Shown: positions 48,313 to 59,801, numbered from the stretch's first letter. The stretch is DNA of 64,000 nt from an uncultured virus (IMG/VR IMGVR_UViG_3300030104_006994) (IMGVR_UViG_3300030104_006994), one strand, 5' to 3'. Numbers and translations: made by a program. The notes: generated from the letters alone by a model not told the origin.

Positions 48313-50501
48313 TAGTATATATGCCTCACCATGATTTTATCTCCACTAGCTATTTCCCCGCTGGAGAAGAATAACCCTGTTCCGTTAGTAACGCTAAAGT
48401 TCTCTCCACTATCTTGTACTAATCCATTCACAAAAACAAAAATTTGATCTGCAGTTGAAATTGATCTCGTCATTTCAAAACCACTAACAACTCCGTTGCC
48501 GGTAAATCTATTGGTTAAGTAACTAATACTCGCCGAAGCTCCTGCTGGCCCAGTAGAACCAGCAGGCCCGGCCGCTCCCGAAGGCCCTAAGGCTAAATGC
48601 CGGAAACTAATTTCGTGACCACTTGTAACGCCGGTTGTGAACGAAACTCCCGTCTGACCTAAAAGAGTATAGTCGGTTGTCGGCGTTTGTATTAGACCTT
48701 CGACCGAGACTAGCACGTCTCTCGCGTTAGAGACGTTTTCTGAAAGTGCGTAGTTAGTAGTCGTACCATCTCCAGTATAAACTTGATCAAAAGCTATGCC
48801 TTGTCCCAGCGCGCCTAATTTATTTACGTTTACATAAAGTCTGTCGGGAGTAAAAGTATTGTCCGACAATTTTTTGACCATTAATTGAGAATTAGACAAT
48901 TTTTCTATGCCGTAATCCACATCAGTATCATCTATACCGCCAATCTGACCAATGTATTTAGCTGCAGTAATATTTTGTGATGTTGGAAAAGCGGCGATCG
49001 GAGCAGTAAAGCTAGAAGTATATCGTGCTACCCCTAAAGTAACCCTAACATCGTCATAATACCCTTCATTTGTTCTATTAGAGGTTGAATTATATCCTCG
49101 ACCTAGCCAATGATACTGGCTGTCTGTATTCAAGGCGCTGCTACCCAAGTCCGCTGTCCAATATAGTGTACCATTTTGAAAAGAGTACCAAGTGCTACCA
49201 CTTCGCACTAAAGCTCTATGTACCCACTGGTCATCTAATTTGTCTCCGACTTCTACGGCGTTTGCAATATTCCAACTAGAACCGTTCGAAGACGAGTATA
49301 ATTTGATCTTAGTGCCACTATTATAATATCCATATAAAATGCTATGCCAAACATAATTCGTACTGCTTGCATTAAAGCCGATAGAAATAGAGTCGTTATA
49401 TCTTGTGTCTATATATTCCCAGAATTCTATAGTAAAGTCTCCGGCGAAAGAAAAATTTCCACCTATTTGACAAGCATTACTGCTTCCGGGAACGTACAAA
49501 CTCGTTCCCCCAAATTTAGATTGTGTTGTGGATAACACAACACTACTATTCAAAGTTATAGTTCTGCCACTATCACTTGAATCTGAGGTTGAAGTAGCTC
49601 CGTTTGACCCATCGAATGGAAGAAGTAGGCTTACATCAGAAAAATTTGCATCTCCTACGACAGTGTCTCTCTCCTCTATAACACTAACATCGAACTTGTT
49701 ATCGGCGAGATTAAGGTTAGATATTATTCCGCTAGCACCACTCACTATTCCCACATTACTTCCGGTCAAAGTTAAACCTGTAAAGAATCCTTGCTCTACA
49801 GATTGATGACCAGATAAAGTAGAAGTGTCAAAAGTTGTTTCTACTGCATTTCCTGCTGAGTTAACCGTAAGAACTTTACTAGCGGTAAATGAACTTGGCG
49901 TATCGCTCAAACCGGTGAAAGTCGAAGATCCTCCTCCTCCGCCTCCGCCTTCAAATACTGAGCCGCTTTGGAATATAGTTCCAGAGATTTCTACGTCACC
50001 AACGACGTGAAGAGCTCTTTGTGGATTTTCTATCCCTACGCCAATTTTGGCCGTACCGCTCGGCGTGGCTATGATAGTACCATGAACCTCCAATTCCGCT
50101 TCGGGAGAGCCTACACCGTTAATTCCTACTCTACCCAGAGATGCATCAGTCTTGAATAACGGGTCACCTTCATTAGATCCGTTGCCCTTAATAATAAAAT
50201 CTACATTATTACCACCATCATTTACTGTGAGATTGTGGGGAGCACTCGAAGAATCGTCGCAATCTATATAATTTATACCACCAGCGTTAATTTTGACTCT
50301 ATCATCTAAAAAATTAATAAAAGTATTAGGATCGTCTTTGTGGTAAATATGTTGAGCGATAGTAAGAGAATCTCCCACTTCTAACTTACCGGTGACATTT
50401 ACCCCTGTGCCTGCAATATTGCCAGCGACCTCTAAATCTCCAACGATACTTAAATCGCCGCTGTCTATTAAATTTGGTAATATTTTCTTAATATTTGACA
50501 C
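48312..50501 (-). CDS. Fibre/appendage protein with LamG domain and two FTGDG beta modules
   Basis: 729 aa. GTG start with AAGGA RBS. The LamG domain resembles those of the two downstream genes. Short collagen linker. Confidence 0.75.
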   Translation of the reverse strand: MSNIKKILPNLIDSGDLSIVGDLEVAGNIAGTGVNVTGKLEVGDSLTIAQHIYHKDDPNTFINFLDDRVKINAGGINYIDCDDSSSAPHNLTVNDGGNNVDFIIKGNGSNEGDPLFKTDASLGRVGINGVGSPEAELEVHGTIIATPSGTAKIGVGIENPQRALHVVGDVEISGTIFQSGSVFEGGGGGGGSSTFTGLSDTPSSFTASKVLTVNSAGNAVETTFDTSTLSGHQSVEQGFFTGLTLTGSNVGIVSGASGIISNLNLADNKFDVSVIEERDTVVGDANFSDVSLLLPFDGSNGATSTSDSSDSGRTITLNSSVVLSTTQSKFGGTSLYVPGSSNACQIGGNFSFAGDFTIEFWEYIDTRYNDSISIGFNASSTNYVWHSILYGYYNSGTKIKLYSSSNGSSWNIANAVEVGDKLDDQWVHRALVRSGSTWYSFQNGTLYWTADLGSSALNTDSQYHWLGRGYNSTSNRTNEGYYDDVRVTLGVARYTSSFTAPIAAFPTSQNITAAKYIGQIGGIDDTDVDYGIEKLSNSQLMVKKLSDNTFTPDRLYVNVNKLGALGQGIAFDQVYTGDGTTTNYALSENVSNARDVLVSVEGLIQTPTTDYTLLGQTGVSFTTGVTSGHEISFRHLALGPSGAAGPAGSTGPAGASASISYLTNRFTGNGVVSGFEMTRSISTADQIFVFVNGLVQDSGENFSVTNGTGLFFSSGEIASGDKIMVRHIY

Positions 50502-50514
50502 TTCTTATTCCTTT

Positions 50515-50522
50515 ATTACACT
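50515..50522 (-). promoter_or_regulatory. AGTGTAAT putative late promoter
   Basis: Exact motif 13 nt before GTG 50501. Confidence 0.65.
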
Positions 50523-50523
50523 A

Positions 50524-53500
50524 TTAACTTCCTAAGAAACTTAAGTAAACTCCTTGCCCTGTTGAATCTATTCTACTTTGACCAGAAACTATTGCTATTT
50601 GGTAACCTGAGACCGAAGTAGTCCCCGTAGCGTCACGCACCGGCATGACTGCATGACCACCTTCATTTTGATATCCACCGGCTGTAAATATATAATTAGT
50701 ATCGTCAAAATGACCGCTAAAGTTAACAGTATAGACTCCTGTCGATATTCTATTAACGCTGTTTACGTTCAAGCTATCTGTTATAGTAGCGTTGCCTCCA
50801 GTTACTCCTATAAAATTAACCCATGCTTTTGAGATGCCTTTTATATCAAAGTCATTTGCCAAATTAGCATTTAGTCTTATTCTATTTACTGTCGGAGCGT
50901 CTGCAGCTGTTGGCCCACTTGAAATATAAACTTTTATTTTCCAAAACTTGTTATGTTGAGTAATAGCTGTCGTTAAATCAATTTGACTGCCATTATCTAT
51001 ATCGTACGTACCGCCTTCTTGATAGTAGTCGCTAACTCCCGGGTAATAGTTAATAGAAGAAAAATCAGATGTGTCAGAACCAAGCAACTGATACTTTGGT
51101 TTTATATTGTCTGAGTCGTCTGTCCACGAAGCTAAAAATGAAGTAGGAGTTATCCTCTTCACACCACCACCCAAAGATTGCGACGTCCAAGTTTGTTCGG
51201 TGCCGATAAACAAATCAGGATCGTAATCTAGCTTAAGAGTATCCAGCTCTGGACTGCTAGTTCCGTTCCCAGTTAAAGTTAACTTGTAATAGAAATTAGT
51301 GCCAGACCAGTTTAAAGAAGACAGATCTGTTACTGTATCTGTTCCTGCTGTCAAAGCTGTGCTTAAACCAGAGCCTCCCGTTGCATCTTGCCAGTAAAAA
51401 CCTGCGCCAGTCCCAGTAGCAAACTGTATTAAAGCTTGTGATCCTCCGGGCAAACTAGTAACAGTTGTTAGAAGTCTATTAATTGAATCAACCTGCCCAG
51501 CGGTAGAAAGTATATTAGTTGACTGTATTATGGCGCTCGCGGAAAAAGCTCCGGCTATCTGGCTAGAATAAAAGTAAGTACCGGAATATATGCTTCCGGA
51601 CAAACTTACGTAAGTCATTCTAAATCTACCAGAACTAGACGTAGTCGCATACCCGTTGTTTGTGTAACCTGCTCCAGCAACTGAGAAAGAGTTTCCTGTT
51701 AAAGTTACTGAATTTACAAAAATTTGAATTTCACCACCAGCGCCATAACCACTATTGCCACTATTTCCATTACTCTGACCTCCGTTATGATAACTTGACC
51801 TTATGTTAGCTGTTCCGTCTTGAATATAAACGTTAGCATGAAAATATATAATACCCCCACCATCTCCACCATTGCCGTTTCTATATTGCCCTCCTCCAGA
51901 ACCAAAAAGCAATTTTGAGTAATCTGTTATAGAACTTAATACATTTCCCGAGAACTGTAAATAATCATAAGGATTAGTATAATTATAATAGTTCTCAGTA
52001 GTATTGCCATCAACGATTTCATCATCTCCGTGATGATTTCCACCTGTCCCTTTCGCTGCATGAGATCCTCCCCCAGCATCATTACGGGCTACACTATCTG
52101 AGCTGTACGCGAATGGGCCACCCATTATACTTTCTCCAGCCGAAGACCTAGCACTAAACGCAGCTCCAGCAAGACCTCCTCTATATCCAATAGCCGCAGC
52201 ATCTATAGTTCCATTATTTGTAAGAGCCCCTCCTACTCTAAAAATCATCAAACCTCCCTTGGTGCCGTTCCACTTACTGGCAGTCATAGTGGCACTTTCA
52301 CCTACGGTTAAGTTTGCGTAATGAGGAACTCGTTGAACAATGACTTTCATTTCACTGCTTCCTGTTCCTATAGTACTATCTGAACCTGATGCGTTTCCGT
52401 AATATTTTTTCTTAGTAGTAGTAAAAGTTATTGTCTTGCTGCTAGAATCTACAGAATCTACTGTTAAGAATTCATAATTACCTACGTTAACTCTTCTGCT
52501 ATTCGGCGCATCATTTCCAGAAGTTCGAGTATGAGTTCCATAACCTTGCGCGCAATAAATTATCACTTCATCTCCCGCAACAATACCACTTGGAGTATCG
52601 GTCAAAACAACAGTATTAGTAGTAAATGAATCAGCGTTAAAAGCGACAGCATCCGGAACTGTTCTATCGGATATTAAACTGTCGGTGTCCATCGTATAGG
52701 TCCCTGAATTAGATACAGTTACATCTCCATCCGATCCGTCGCCTGTGTTTAATTGCTGTTCTATTTTTGCTTTACCATCTATTGCATAACCACTACTATT
52801 ATTTGTATCTATATTATTTGTATTACTATACTCTTCTATAAACATCCCAGTAGCTAAATCTAGCTCGAGTCTTCCGCCAGTTGCGGGATTCAGTAAGCCG
52901 TCTGAAAATACAGCAGAAGTATTATTGAAATCTGCAGTGCTATCAAAATTAAAAGCGGAATGACTCTCAGAAGCCGATATAGCAACATAAGAATCATCAG
53001 TCACTGATAATGTAGTTACGTCAGAAAAAGTTAATCCATCGTCAGTGCTAAGTTTTAGACCCGCTCCAGACTCTAATAATACTTTTTGCCCTAAATATAT
53101 AGAAGTACCAGACAAATAAAGGTCTCTCCATCTTTTACCTGTTGTTCCTAGATCTCGAGTATTTGTAACGTCAGGAACGATATTTTGATCAACTGCCGAC
53201 AAATCTGTACTTGACCCTGCTGTTATTCCCGAGAATGCCAAAGTGCTGCCGGACACAACTGGTACTTGACCCTCCGATCCTAAACTCGCAACAGTATCAC
53301 TGAGAGATATAAAAGAAGCTGCTCCTCCTGTTCCGTCTGCACCAGCTGCTCCAGATGGACCTCGTATACCTGCTAAATGCCTAACTTCTATCTCCAATCC
53401 GCTAGACGGAGCTTCCGGAAAAGTTAAACCTGAGCCACTAATTGTATAGTTTGTAACGGGAGATTGAAGCAAACCATTAATACTTACTATAATATTTTTA

Positions 53501-55029
53501 GCTTCGCCTATACTATTTGTTAAGCTATAACTTACTGTTGATCCGTCGCCAGTAAATAAATCAGAAGCTAAAGCTCCTACTACTCCTGTTGATTCACCTT
53601 GAATTCCTTGAGGGCCAGTTGCGCCAGTAGGCCCAGTTGGGCCGGTAGGCCCTGTCGAACCTGCAGGACCTGTTGGTCCTGTTGGGCCAGTAGGTCCTGT
53701 TGGGCCACTTGGTCCTGTTGAACCTGCTGGCCCTGTTGGCCCCGTGGCACCAGTTGCCCCCGTGTCTCCTTGTATGCCCTGTTCTCCGGACGGGCCTACT
53801 AAACCTCCCAAATGTCTAACGTCTATTTCTACGCCGCTAGAAGGAGCCTCTGGAAATAGAAGCCCGCTTCTACCACTTATTAAATCATAGTTATTACCGG
53901 GTATTTGAAGTAGCCCATTTACTGCTACTGTTATACTAAAATCATTTACTGGAGCTCGAGTCATCATGAACCCGGTCGTTACTCCATCTCCCGTGAATAA
54001 ATCTTCTCCTAATATTCCACTATTAGAAGTAGTTACTCCTCCTCCTCCTCCTCCTGCCCCAGCTGGCCCTGTTGGCCCAGTAGGCCCAGTAGGCCCGGTA
54101 GGTCCTGTCGGACCCGTTGGGCCAGTCGCCCCTCCTCCAGAAACTCCAGAAAAAACAAGAGAGTTGCCATCAGCAGAAACAACCACTGATTGACCAGCAG
54201 ACCCTAAACTGCCCGGAGTGTCTGATAAACCCGTAAAGGCACTAGCTCCTCCAAAAGAGCCTGTTTGCCCAGTAGTAACTAAAGAATCAAATCCAGAAAA
54301 AGCCAGTCCTGTTCCACTCCCTATAAGAAACTTTCCGTCTTCTATACTAGAAGGAGTGTCGATCAATTGAGTGAATTGACTAAATGTTCCTGATACAACA
54401 GTCGTGCTTGTTAATGTTATTCCAGAAAAAGCTAGGCCTGAGCCAGATACTACGACAACCTGACCTTCACCTCCGAGTCCAGTAGGAGTATCTGTTAAAT
54501 CGGGAAAAGCTGAAGCTGTTCCACCTCCGCCAGTTACCCCAGAAAATATTAAAGAGTTTCCATCTGAAGAAACCACTACTGACTGTCCAGCACTGCCAAG
54601 TGAACCCGGAGTGTCGGTTAAATCGCTAAATGCAGAGGCTGAAGGTGTGATGCCCGAAAATGCTAGCTCTGTCCCAGAAACAACTACTACTTGTCCTTCC
54701 CCACCTAAAGAAGAAACAGTGTCAGTCAAGTCGACAAAAGTTGAAGAACCCCCACCCCCTCCAGCCACTCCAGAAAATACTAAAGAACTGCCATCTGAAC
54801 CAACTACAACTGATTGACCGACAGAACCGTAGCCAGCAGGAGTATCTCCTAATCCTACAAAATCATTTGCAGAAGAAAAGAAATTGGAAAGATCCCCTAC
54901 AGTGGTGGACTTGTTGGTCCCACTAGGAGAATAAAAAGTATCACTGATGTCTACTACTAGTAAAACATCTTCCGACGCCAAATTCCCAGATGATAAATTA
55001 GGGAACTGTGATATCCTTGTTCCGGCCAT
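50524..55029 (-). CDS. Collagen-like fibre/appendage protein with Gly-rich distal domain
   Basis: 1501 aa. N-terminal RISQFP...DVLLVVD anchor, several FxxLxDTPxSLGxxGQxVVVS repeats, GPT collagen runs, a GDGSDG...[12 protein letters not shown]...KWNGTKGG Gly-rich domain and a C-terminal KAWVNF domain. Confidence 0.75.
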   Translation of the reverse strand: MAGTRISQFPNLSSGNLASEDVLLVVDISDTFYSPSGTNKSTTVGDLSNFFSSANDFVGLGDTPAGYGSVGQSVVVGSDGSSLVFSGVAGGGGGSSTFVDLTDTVSSLGGEGQVVVVSGTELAFSGITPSASAFSDLTDTPGSLGSAGQSVVVSSDGNSLIFSGVTGGGGTASAFPDLTDTPTGLGGEGQVVVVSGSGLAFSGITLTSTTVVSGTFSQFTQLIDTPSSIEDGKFLIGSGTGLAFSGFDSLVTTGQTGSFGGASAFTGLSDTPGSLGSAGQSVVVSADGNSLVFSGVSGGGATGPTGPTGPTGPTGPTGPTGPAGAGGGGGGVTTSNSGILGEDLFTGDGVTTGFMMTRAPVNDFSITVAVNGLLQIPGNNYDLISGRSGLLFPEAPSSGVEIDVRHLGGLVGPSGEQGIQGDTGATGATGPTGPAGSTGPSGPTGPTGPTGPTGPAGSTGPTGPTGPTGATGPQGIQGESTGVVGALASDLFTGDGSTVSYSLTNSIGEAKNIIVSINGLLQSPVTNYTISGSGLTFPEAPSSGLEIEVRHLAGIRGPSGAAGADGTGGAASFISLSDTVASLGSEGQVPVVSGSTLAFSGITAGSSTDLSAVDQNIVPDVTNTRDLGTTGKRWRDLYLSGTSIYLGQKVLLESGAGLKLSTDDGLTFSDVTTLSVTDDSYVAISASESHSAFNFDSTADFNNTSAVFSDGLLNPATGGRLELDLATGMFIEEYSNTNNIDTNNSSGYAIDGKAKIEQQLNTGDGSDGDVTVSNSGTYTMDTDSLISDRTVPDAVAFNADSFTTNTVVLTDTPSGIVAGDEVIIYCAQGYGTHTRTSGNDAPNSRRVNVGNYEFLTVDSVDSSSKTITFTTTKKKYYGNASGSDSTIGTGSSEMKVIVQRVPHYANLTVGESATMTASKWNGTKGGLMIFRVGGALTNNGTIDAAAIGYRGGLAGAAFSARSSAGESIMGGPFAYSSDSVARNDAGGGSHAAKGTGGNHHGDDEIVDGNTTENYYNYTNPYDYLQFSGNVLSSITDYSKLLFGSGGGQYRNGNGGDGGGIIYFHANVYIQDGTANIRSSYHNGGQSNGNSGNSGYGAGGEIQIFVNSVTLTGNSFSVAGAGYTNNGYATTSSSGRFRMTYVSLSGSIYSGTYFYSSQIAGAFSASAIIQSTNILSTAGQVDSINRLLTTVTSLPGGSQALIQFATGTGAGFYWQDATGGSGLSTALTAGTDTVTDLSSLNWSGTNFYYKLTLTGNGTSSPELDTLKLDYDPDLFIGTEQTWTSQSLGGGVKRITPTSFLASWTDDSDNIKPKYQLLGSDTSDFSSINYYPGVSDYYQEGGTYDIDNGSQIDLTTAITQHNKFWKIKVYISSGPTAADAPTVNRIRLNANLANDFDIKGISKAWVNFIGVTGGNATITDSLNVNSVNRISTGVYTVNFSGHFDDTNYIFTAGGYQNEGGHAVMPVRDATGTTSVSGYQIAIVSGQSRIDSTGQGVYLSFLGS

Positions 55030-55043
55030 TCTTAGCTAAATAT

Positions 55044-55051
55044 ATTACACT
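55044..55051 (-). promoter_or_regulatory. AGTGTAAT putative late promoter
   Basis: Exact motif 14 nt before ATG 55029. Confidence 0.65.
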
Positions 55052-55057
55052 TTTTAA

Positions 55058-56701
55058 TCATATCGTATATAGTTGTCCTGTATTTGTAAAGTTTTCTGGT
55101 AATAATAAAAGTCCGTCTTCTAAAAATATTTCTGCATATCTGGTATTTTCTTGAGCTATATACTGACACGGAGCTCCATCTGCTAAGTGAATTGTAGAAT
55201 CTACTGTCAAAAGATCAGGTAAATACCAAAAAGGATTATCTTTTTTGTTTGATCTAGAGCTTATTTGAACTGGATCTAAAGTCCTATCCGCTGTTTCTGG
55301 AAATTCACAAGGATTAAAAATACCGCTCCTAATTCCATAATGGAAATATTCCCACTGATAAGCTCCTGTATCTGGCTCATAATAAAATAAATTTTCTTCT
55401 TCCACTCCTTCATATTGTAAATAACCATAAGTATTACTCCCTGTCGAAGCTTTTGTATAGTCAGGTTCTGCTGTTTGATATCTTATTTTTGGAAATTCAA
55501 CTCCAGTTGGAAAAGAAGGCTCGGTCTTAGCCTCTTTAGAGACAGGGTCAGAATTATAATCTATTCTATTTAAAGTATTTGTTTCGGAAAATCTTTCAAA
55601 AGATTTGGAAAAATAATTTACATCTGACATTCTACTTTTTCCGAATCCTCTAATCAAAGACGTAGATAAATAATTTATGTCCGATAATCTATTTTTTGTA
55701 AATCCTTTGTTAAAAGACGTTCTAAAGTTTTCAATATTATTTAAAGATATATTTGCCGAAAAGACTCCCTCGAAATCATCTCTAGTAAAATAGTTTAAAT
55801 TACTTAAAGTATTTGTATATTTATACCTATGGAAACTATTTCTTGGGTTATATATAGAAGTAGATAAAGAGTATTTCTGTTTTTCAAAGTTCTCAGCATG
55901 ATCAATTCCGACGCTTCTACTTAGGCCAACTCTTTGACTAAAATTGTAAGCGTGATTAATATTTACGCCTCTGCCTAAATCAAAACGCTCTGCTATTCTA
56001 TAAGGATTCTGAAGCTCTAAAGATGTGGAGCTTTTGCCTTCAATAAAACTTTCTTGAAAATAATTAACCTGCAGTATTAAATTATTTTTTCCTTCAATGA
56101 AATCATCTGAAAAGTAATTAGCTTCAAAACTTCTGCCTAAGCCAACCCTTGTCGATAATTTTTCTTTTTTCACCAAATTAATATTTACAGACCTTGAGCT
56201 TTTACCCTCAATAAAAGATTTACCGTAATAATTTGCTTCTATTGTGTTATGATTTTTTCCTTCAGCAAAATCATTTGAAAAGTAATTAGCTCCAAGTTGA
56301 GAAAAAGTTTTGCTCTCAATAAAAGCTATCGAATAATTCTGTAGGTTAATTTGTCTGCCCAAGTTAAATCGCAAACTTATTTTGTAAGGATTGTGAATAT
56401 TTGGTCTTATTTCAAAATCTATTCTTGGAGCAATTAAATAGTTTGACTTAAAAGAAGGATCAATTTCAAAATCTACTCTTGGCGTGATTAAGTTATTTAA
56501 ATTAAAAGTTGGATCTATTTTTAAATTTACATCTTTTCTATTTTCTTTTGTGAAATATTGTATGTTAGAAGCTGAAGCCGTAACCTTTCCAGTTTCAACC
56601 GGAGCGTCAAAAGCTCCTGTAGGATTAAATGTAGGTATGTTCCCTCGGAAGCCCCAGCCTCCGGTATTGTAGATGGGCGGAGCTGTGTAGAAGGTAGACA
56701 T
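55058..56701 (-). CDS. Hypothetical N/F/S/K-rich repeat protein
   Basis: 547 aa with imperfect 18-19 aa repeats (NYFSNDFAEGKN, NYFSDDFIEGKN, IDPxFxxNxLIxPRxDFE). Confidence 0.65.
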   Translation of the reverse strand: MSTFYTAPPIYNTGGWGFRGNIPTFNPTGAFDAPVETGKVTASASNIQYFTKENRKDVNLKIDPTFNLNNLITPRVDFEIDPSFKSNYLIAPRIDFEIRPNIHNPYKISLRFNLGRQINLQNYSIAFIESKTFSQLGANYFSNDFAEGKNHNTIEANYYGKSFIEGKSSRSVNINLVKKEKLSTRVGLGRSFEANYFSDDFIEGKNNLILQVNYFQESFIEGKSSTSLELQNPYRIAERFDLGRGVNINHAYNFSQRVGLSRSVGIDHAENFEKQKYSLSTSIYNPRNSFHRYKYTNTLSNLNYFTRDDFEGVFSANISLNNIENFRTSFNKGFTKNRLSDINYLSTSLIRGFGKSRMSDVNYFSKSFERFSETNTLNRIDYNSDPVSKEAKTEPSFPTGVEFPKIRYQTAEPDYTKASTGSNTYGYLQYEGVEEENLFYYEPDTGAYQWEYFHYGIRSGIFNPCEFPETADRTLDPVQISSRSNKKDNPFWYLPDLLTVDSTIHLADGAPCQYIAQENTRYAEIFLEDGLLLLPENFTNTGQLYTI

Positions 56702-56702
56702 T

Positions 56703-57767
56703 TTAGTACTCTCTTAAATGCACATCTAGATAATGATAGCTCAATCCATCTAAATCTGTGCTTGTAGAACCAGCTCCAGAAACAGCTACATTTTTAGGAT
56801 TAGAAGTTCTAGTTATAGCTAAAATATTATTTCCCGAAGTGCTTAAGTTATAATCTTTGTCTGTATCATAAGGACTGCCTATATTATTTATTGGATAAGA
56901 GATTAAGTAGCTACCTGCTCCTGTTAGATATGAATATGGAGAAGATGAAAATGAAGAGCCTGTTCCAAAATGAAATTCTTGAAAAGTTACATTGTAGTGA
57001 CCGTCTCTAATACTATTTGATATAGAACCTGTTATGCGCACTGTTTCTCCATTAACTAAACTATCATATCTTCTATTCGTTACAATTGGAACTTTATCAT
57101 GAATATTAACTCTAGCTCCATAATTACCATGAGCGCCGCATGCGTAATTAAGAGAACTAGGGGCTGACTGAGGAACTCGAAAGTAAAGTATTCCACCGTT
57201 TTGTGCTCTTGAGTTTGTTACGCCAGAAGTATATTCATACGTATAAGCTCCTCCGTTACCTTCGGTAACAAAAATAAAAGGATGCCCGTTAGTACTAGAA
57301 TCTGTGGTGAACTTATAAGTATTACCTCTTTGAAGGTTAATTTCCAATTTTTGAACTTGAGAAGTTGTAGTGTGGCTTCCTGCTGTTATTTCACTTAAAA
57401 AATATGCTCCACCTGCTGCAGTTACATTAAATTGGGTTGAATAAGTGCCACTAGAACTCTCTTCTGTTAGATAGTCTCCCGTTTGTCCTTGTAAGGTAGT
57501 TATTTGAGTTTGAAGATTACCACTTAGTACATCATCTGCATTTTCATATTCAGTTTGTAAATTCCCACTTAGATCATTAAATTGGTTTTTAAGCCCAGTT
57601 AACGATATGTCGCCAAGCCCTGAAATAATTTGAAAACCTGTTATGCCTAATTGGCCACTTAAGGTAACATCATTGTTGTGAGATTTAGAAAAGGCAGTTC
57701 TTAAAGGATCACCTAATCCGTCATTTGCGGAAACTCCTGTATTTACGACTTCTAAACTGAAACTCAT
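56703..57767 (-). CDS. Virion appendage protein with T4 gp9/gp10-like N-terminal motif and cupredoxin-like module
   Basis: 354 aa. N-terminal VNTGVSANDGLGDPLRTAFSKSHNN. The central module is shared with 39146..46018. Confidence 0.65.
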   Translation of the reverse strand: MSFSLEVVNTGVSANDGLGDPLRTAFSKSHNNDVTLSGQLGITGFQIISGLGDISLTGLKNQFNDLSGNLQTEYENADDVLSGNLQTQITTLQGQTGDYLTEESSSGTYSTQFNVTAAGGAYFLSEITAGSHTTTSQVQKLEINLQRGNTYKFTTDSSTNGHPFIFVTEGNGGAYTYEYTSGVTNSRAQNGGILYFRVPQSAPSSLNYACGAHGNYGARVNIHDKVPIVTNRRYDSLVNGETVRITGSISNSIRDGHYNVTFQEFHFGTGSSFSSSPYSYLTGAGSYLISYPINNIGSPYDTDKDYNLSTSGNNILAITRTSNPKNVAVSGAGSTSTDLDGLSYHYLDVHLREY

Positions 57768-57776
57768 TTATATACA

Positions 57777-59789
57777 TTATAGCTGCCCAGTATTTCTAGT
57801 CCAAGTATACTTAAAGGAAACCTTCAAGATATGATCATTATCTTTATCTCTTGGAGTAGCCAATCTATAAACGTAGCCATTGTCTCTCGCCGCACCACTC
57901 ATTGTTATAGGATTAATTGATGTATCAGTAGTTGCACCAACACCGACAGTCGCCCACGCGTCATGAACTCGAGATCCATTTTCTATAGAATTCCCAACCG
58001 CATTGTCATAGAAACAGAATTTTGTGAGAGTTCTAGAATCACCTGATTGCGCTTCATTATATTCAGCTTTTCTTAATGGTAATTCATAATAGTTTACTCC
58101 ACTACTTCTATCGTATGCTACCCCAGTAGCCCCAAAAGCTTGAACTGGATCAGTACTTGTTGACAAGAAACATGAAGCTCCTCTTAAATCCCATGAATCC
58201 CACTTTGCGCTAAGACTAGCGTTATCAAAGCCTTTAAGTGTAACTCTCTCGTCAAAAGTCAAATAAGATCCGACCGTGGAATTTTGATCTGGTTGATAAA
58301 AATGATCAACGTTAAAATACTGAGCTCTTTTGCTTTTAATATCTTGGGTATCAGTAGCCGCGCTCACGCCCATTTCAGTTAAATATAATTCGTAGTTAGG
58401 ATTATACTTTTCGCTGCTGCTACTGGTAGACGGAACGCCTTCCTCAAGAAACGGTTGACTAGTTCCATCATCAGCGCCGAATGCCGACCAATTTACTTGA
58501 GAATTTTCTACTCCATATCTAGACACAGGCCTCATAACAAAAGACAAAGGGCCATTTGTAAAAAACGGAGTTTGATAGTTATTAGCGTAAGTTATGGTAT
58601 TAGTTCCAAAAAATCGTAAAAGGTTATACCCGTAAGCAGAGCTATCTGCTGTCCAATTAGTAGAATGAGAATCAGTGCCATGAGCAGCAGCAAAATCTTC
58701 TAATTGCTGAAAGTTAAGATAATTACCCCAAGGCCAGTAACCAGAGGCTCCAGAAATAGTATTTGAAGTAGTCGCAGCTCCAGCTACTCCACTCATATTT
58801 TTATGAACGTTTACCCCAAGAACTCCGCTTCCTGTTATTGCATCATGATTTATAAATCTATTTATATCTTGATAGTCGGTCAGCGTTAAGAGTGGCCCCG
58901 GCCTGTCTGAAAGTCTTTGGCTGCCCACGGGTTGTTTATATCCAAGAATCGTACCATCCGCACCAGTTTCTTGGAAAACATTTTCTCCATTTTGCCATCT
59001 ATTAATATACCCAAATCCCGGCCCGAAATCTACGGCTCCAACAGCAAAAGGCTCGTTAGAAGCCCCGCCAGCATCCACCGGATCGGCAACACCTGAATGA
59101 TTAATTCCAATCATTCCTATATGCTGTAATCCATGCCTGTCTCCAGAAGCAGCAGAGCCACTCCAAGAAATAGTGGGTAGGCTGCCATCTGACCCTGTTG
59201 GAATTAATCCTGATATACTTGGATTAATTGGATCGAGCTGAACGTTCAATTCGTACTTTACTCTTAAATATTGACCCGGACGTAATACTTCTGGATCAGG
59301 TCTACCGGCGGCAGTATTACCATCTAATACAACTCGCGAAAAAAGTTTTTTAGCTCCGGGAGTTTCTTTAAATCCAAGCTCTGTAATAACAGCGTTTTGT
59401 TTCTCCGCCAAGAAATCAAAAGTTCTAAATAACTGAAGATATCTATTATCTCCGCTAGAGTAAATGTTATGACCACAATTCCCACTTCCCGGAAGGTAAA
59501 AGGAATTCATCATCTTCGGTTTTTGCAGCTGAGTATCAGAGATAGCGGCAGGAGTGACTGATCCTGACGGTTGATTACCAGCAACGCAAAACTGAAATAC
59601 CTGAGCCCAAGGCATATAAGCAATTTTGTCCAAGCCACAATCTAAAATTAAGTTCTTGTGCCAATCTCCTTCTTTTTCCATGGAACCATCTGGGTTCATG
59701 ACCATGGTTTTATATTTACCTTGAACAGAGCGTTTAAATTCTATTTCAGGTATTTCGATAACTTTTTTGGGCTCGTATCTAATACTCAT
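57777..59789 (-). CDS. Virion structural protein with tail-collar/fibre-attachment-like domain
   Basis: 670 aa. KNLILDCGLDKIA...SDTQL...ITELGF...LFSRVVL...LRVKYEL resembles fibre N-terminal attachment domains. Confidence 0.55.
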   Translation of the reverse strand: MSIRYEPKKVIEIPEIEFKRSVQGKYKTMVMNPDGSMEKEGDWHKNLILDCGLDKIAYMPWAQVFQFCVAGNQPSGSVTPAAISDTQLQKPKMMNSFYLPGSGNCGHNIYSSGDNRYLQLFRTFDFLAEKQNAVITELGFKETPGAKKLFSRVVLDGNTAAGRPDPEVLRPGQYLRVKYELNVQLDPINPSISGLIPTGSDGSLPTISWSGSAASGDRHGLQHIGMIGINHSGVADPVDAGGASNEPFAVGAVDFGPGFGYINRWQNGENVFQETGADGTILGYKQPVGSQRLSDRPGPLLTLTDYQDINRFINHDAITGSGVLGVNVHKNMSGVAGAATTSNTISGASGYWPWGNYLNFQQLEDFAAAHGTDSHSTNWTADSSAYGYNLLRFFGTNTITYANNYQTPFFTNGPLSFVMRPVSRYGVENSQVNWSAFGADDGTSQPFLEEGVPSTSSSSEKYNPNYELYLTEMGVSAATDTQDIKSKRAQYFNVDHFYQPDQNSTVGSYLTFDERVTLKGFDNASLSAKWDSWDLRGASCFLSTSTDPVQAFGATGVAYDRSSGVNYYELPLRKAEYNEAQSGDSRTLTKFCFYDNAVGNSIENGSRVHDAWATVGVGATTDTSINPITMSGAARDNGYVYRLATPRDKDNDHILKVSFKYTWTRNTGQL

Positions 59790-59801
59790 TATGTTTTAAT
59801 T

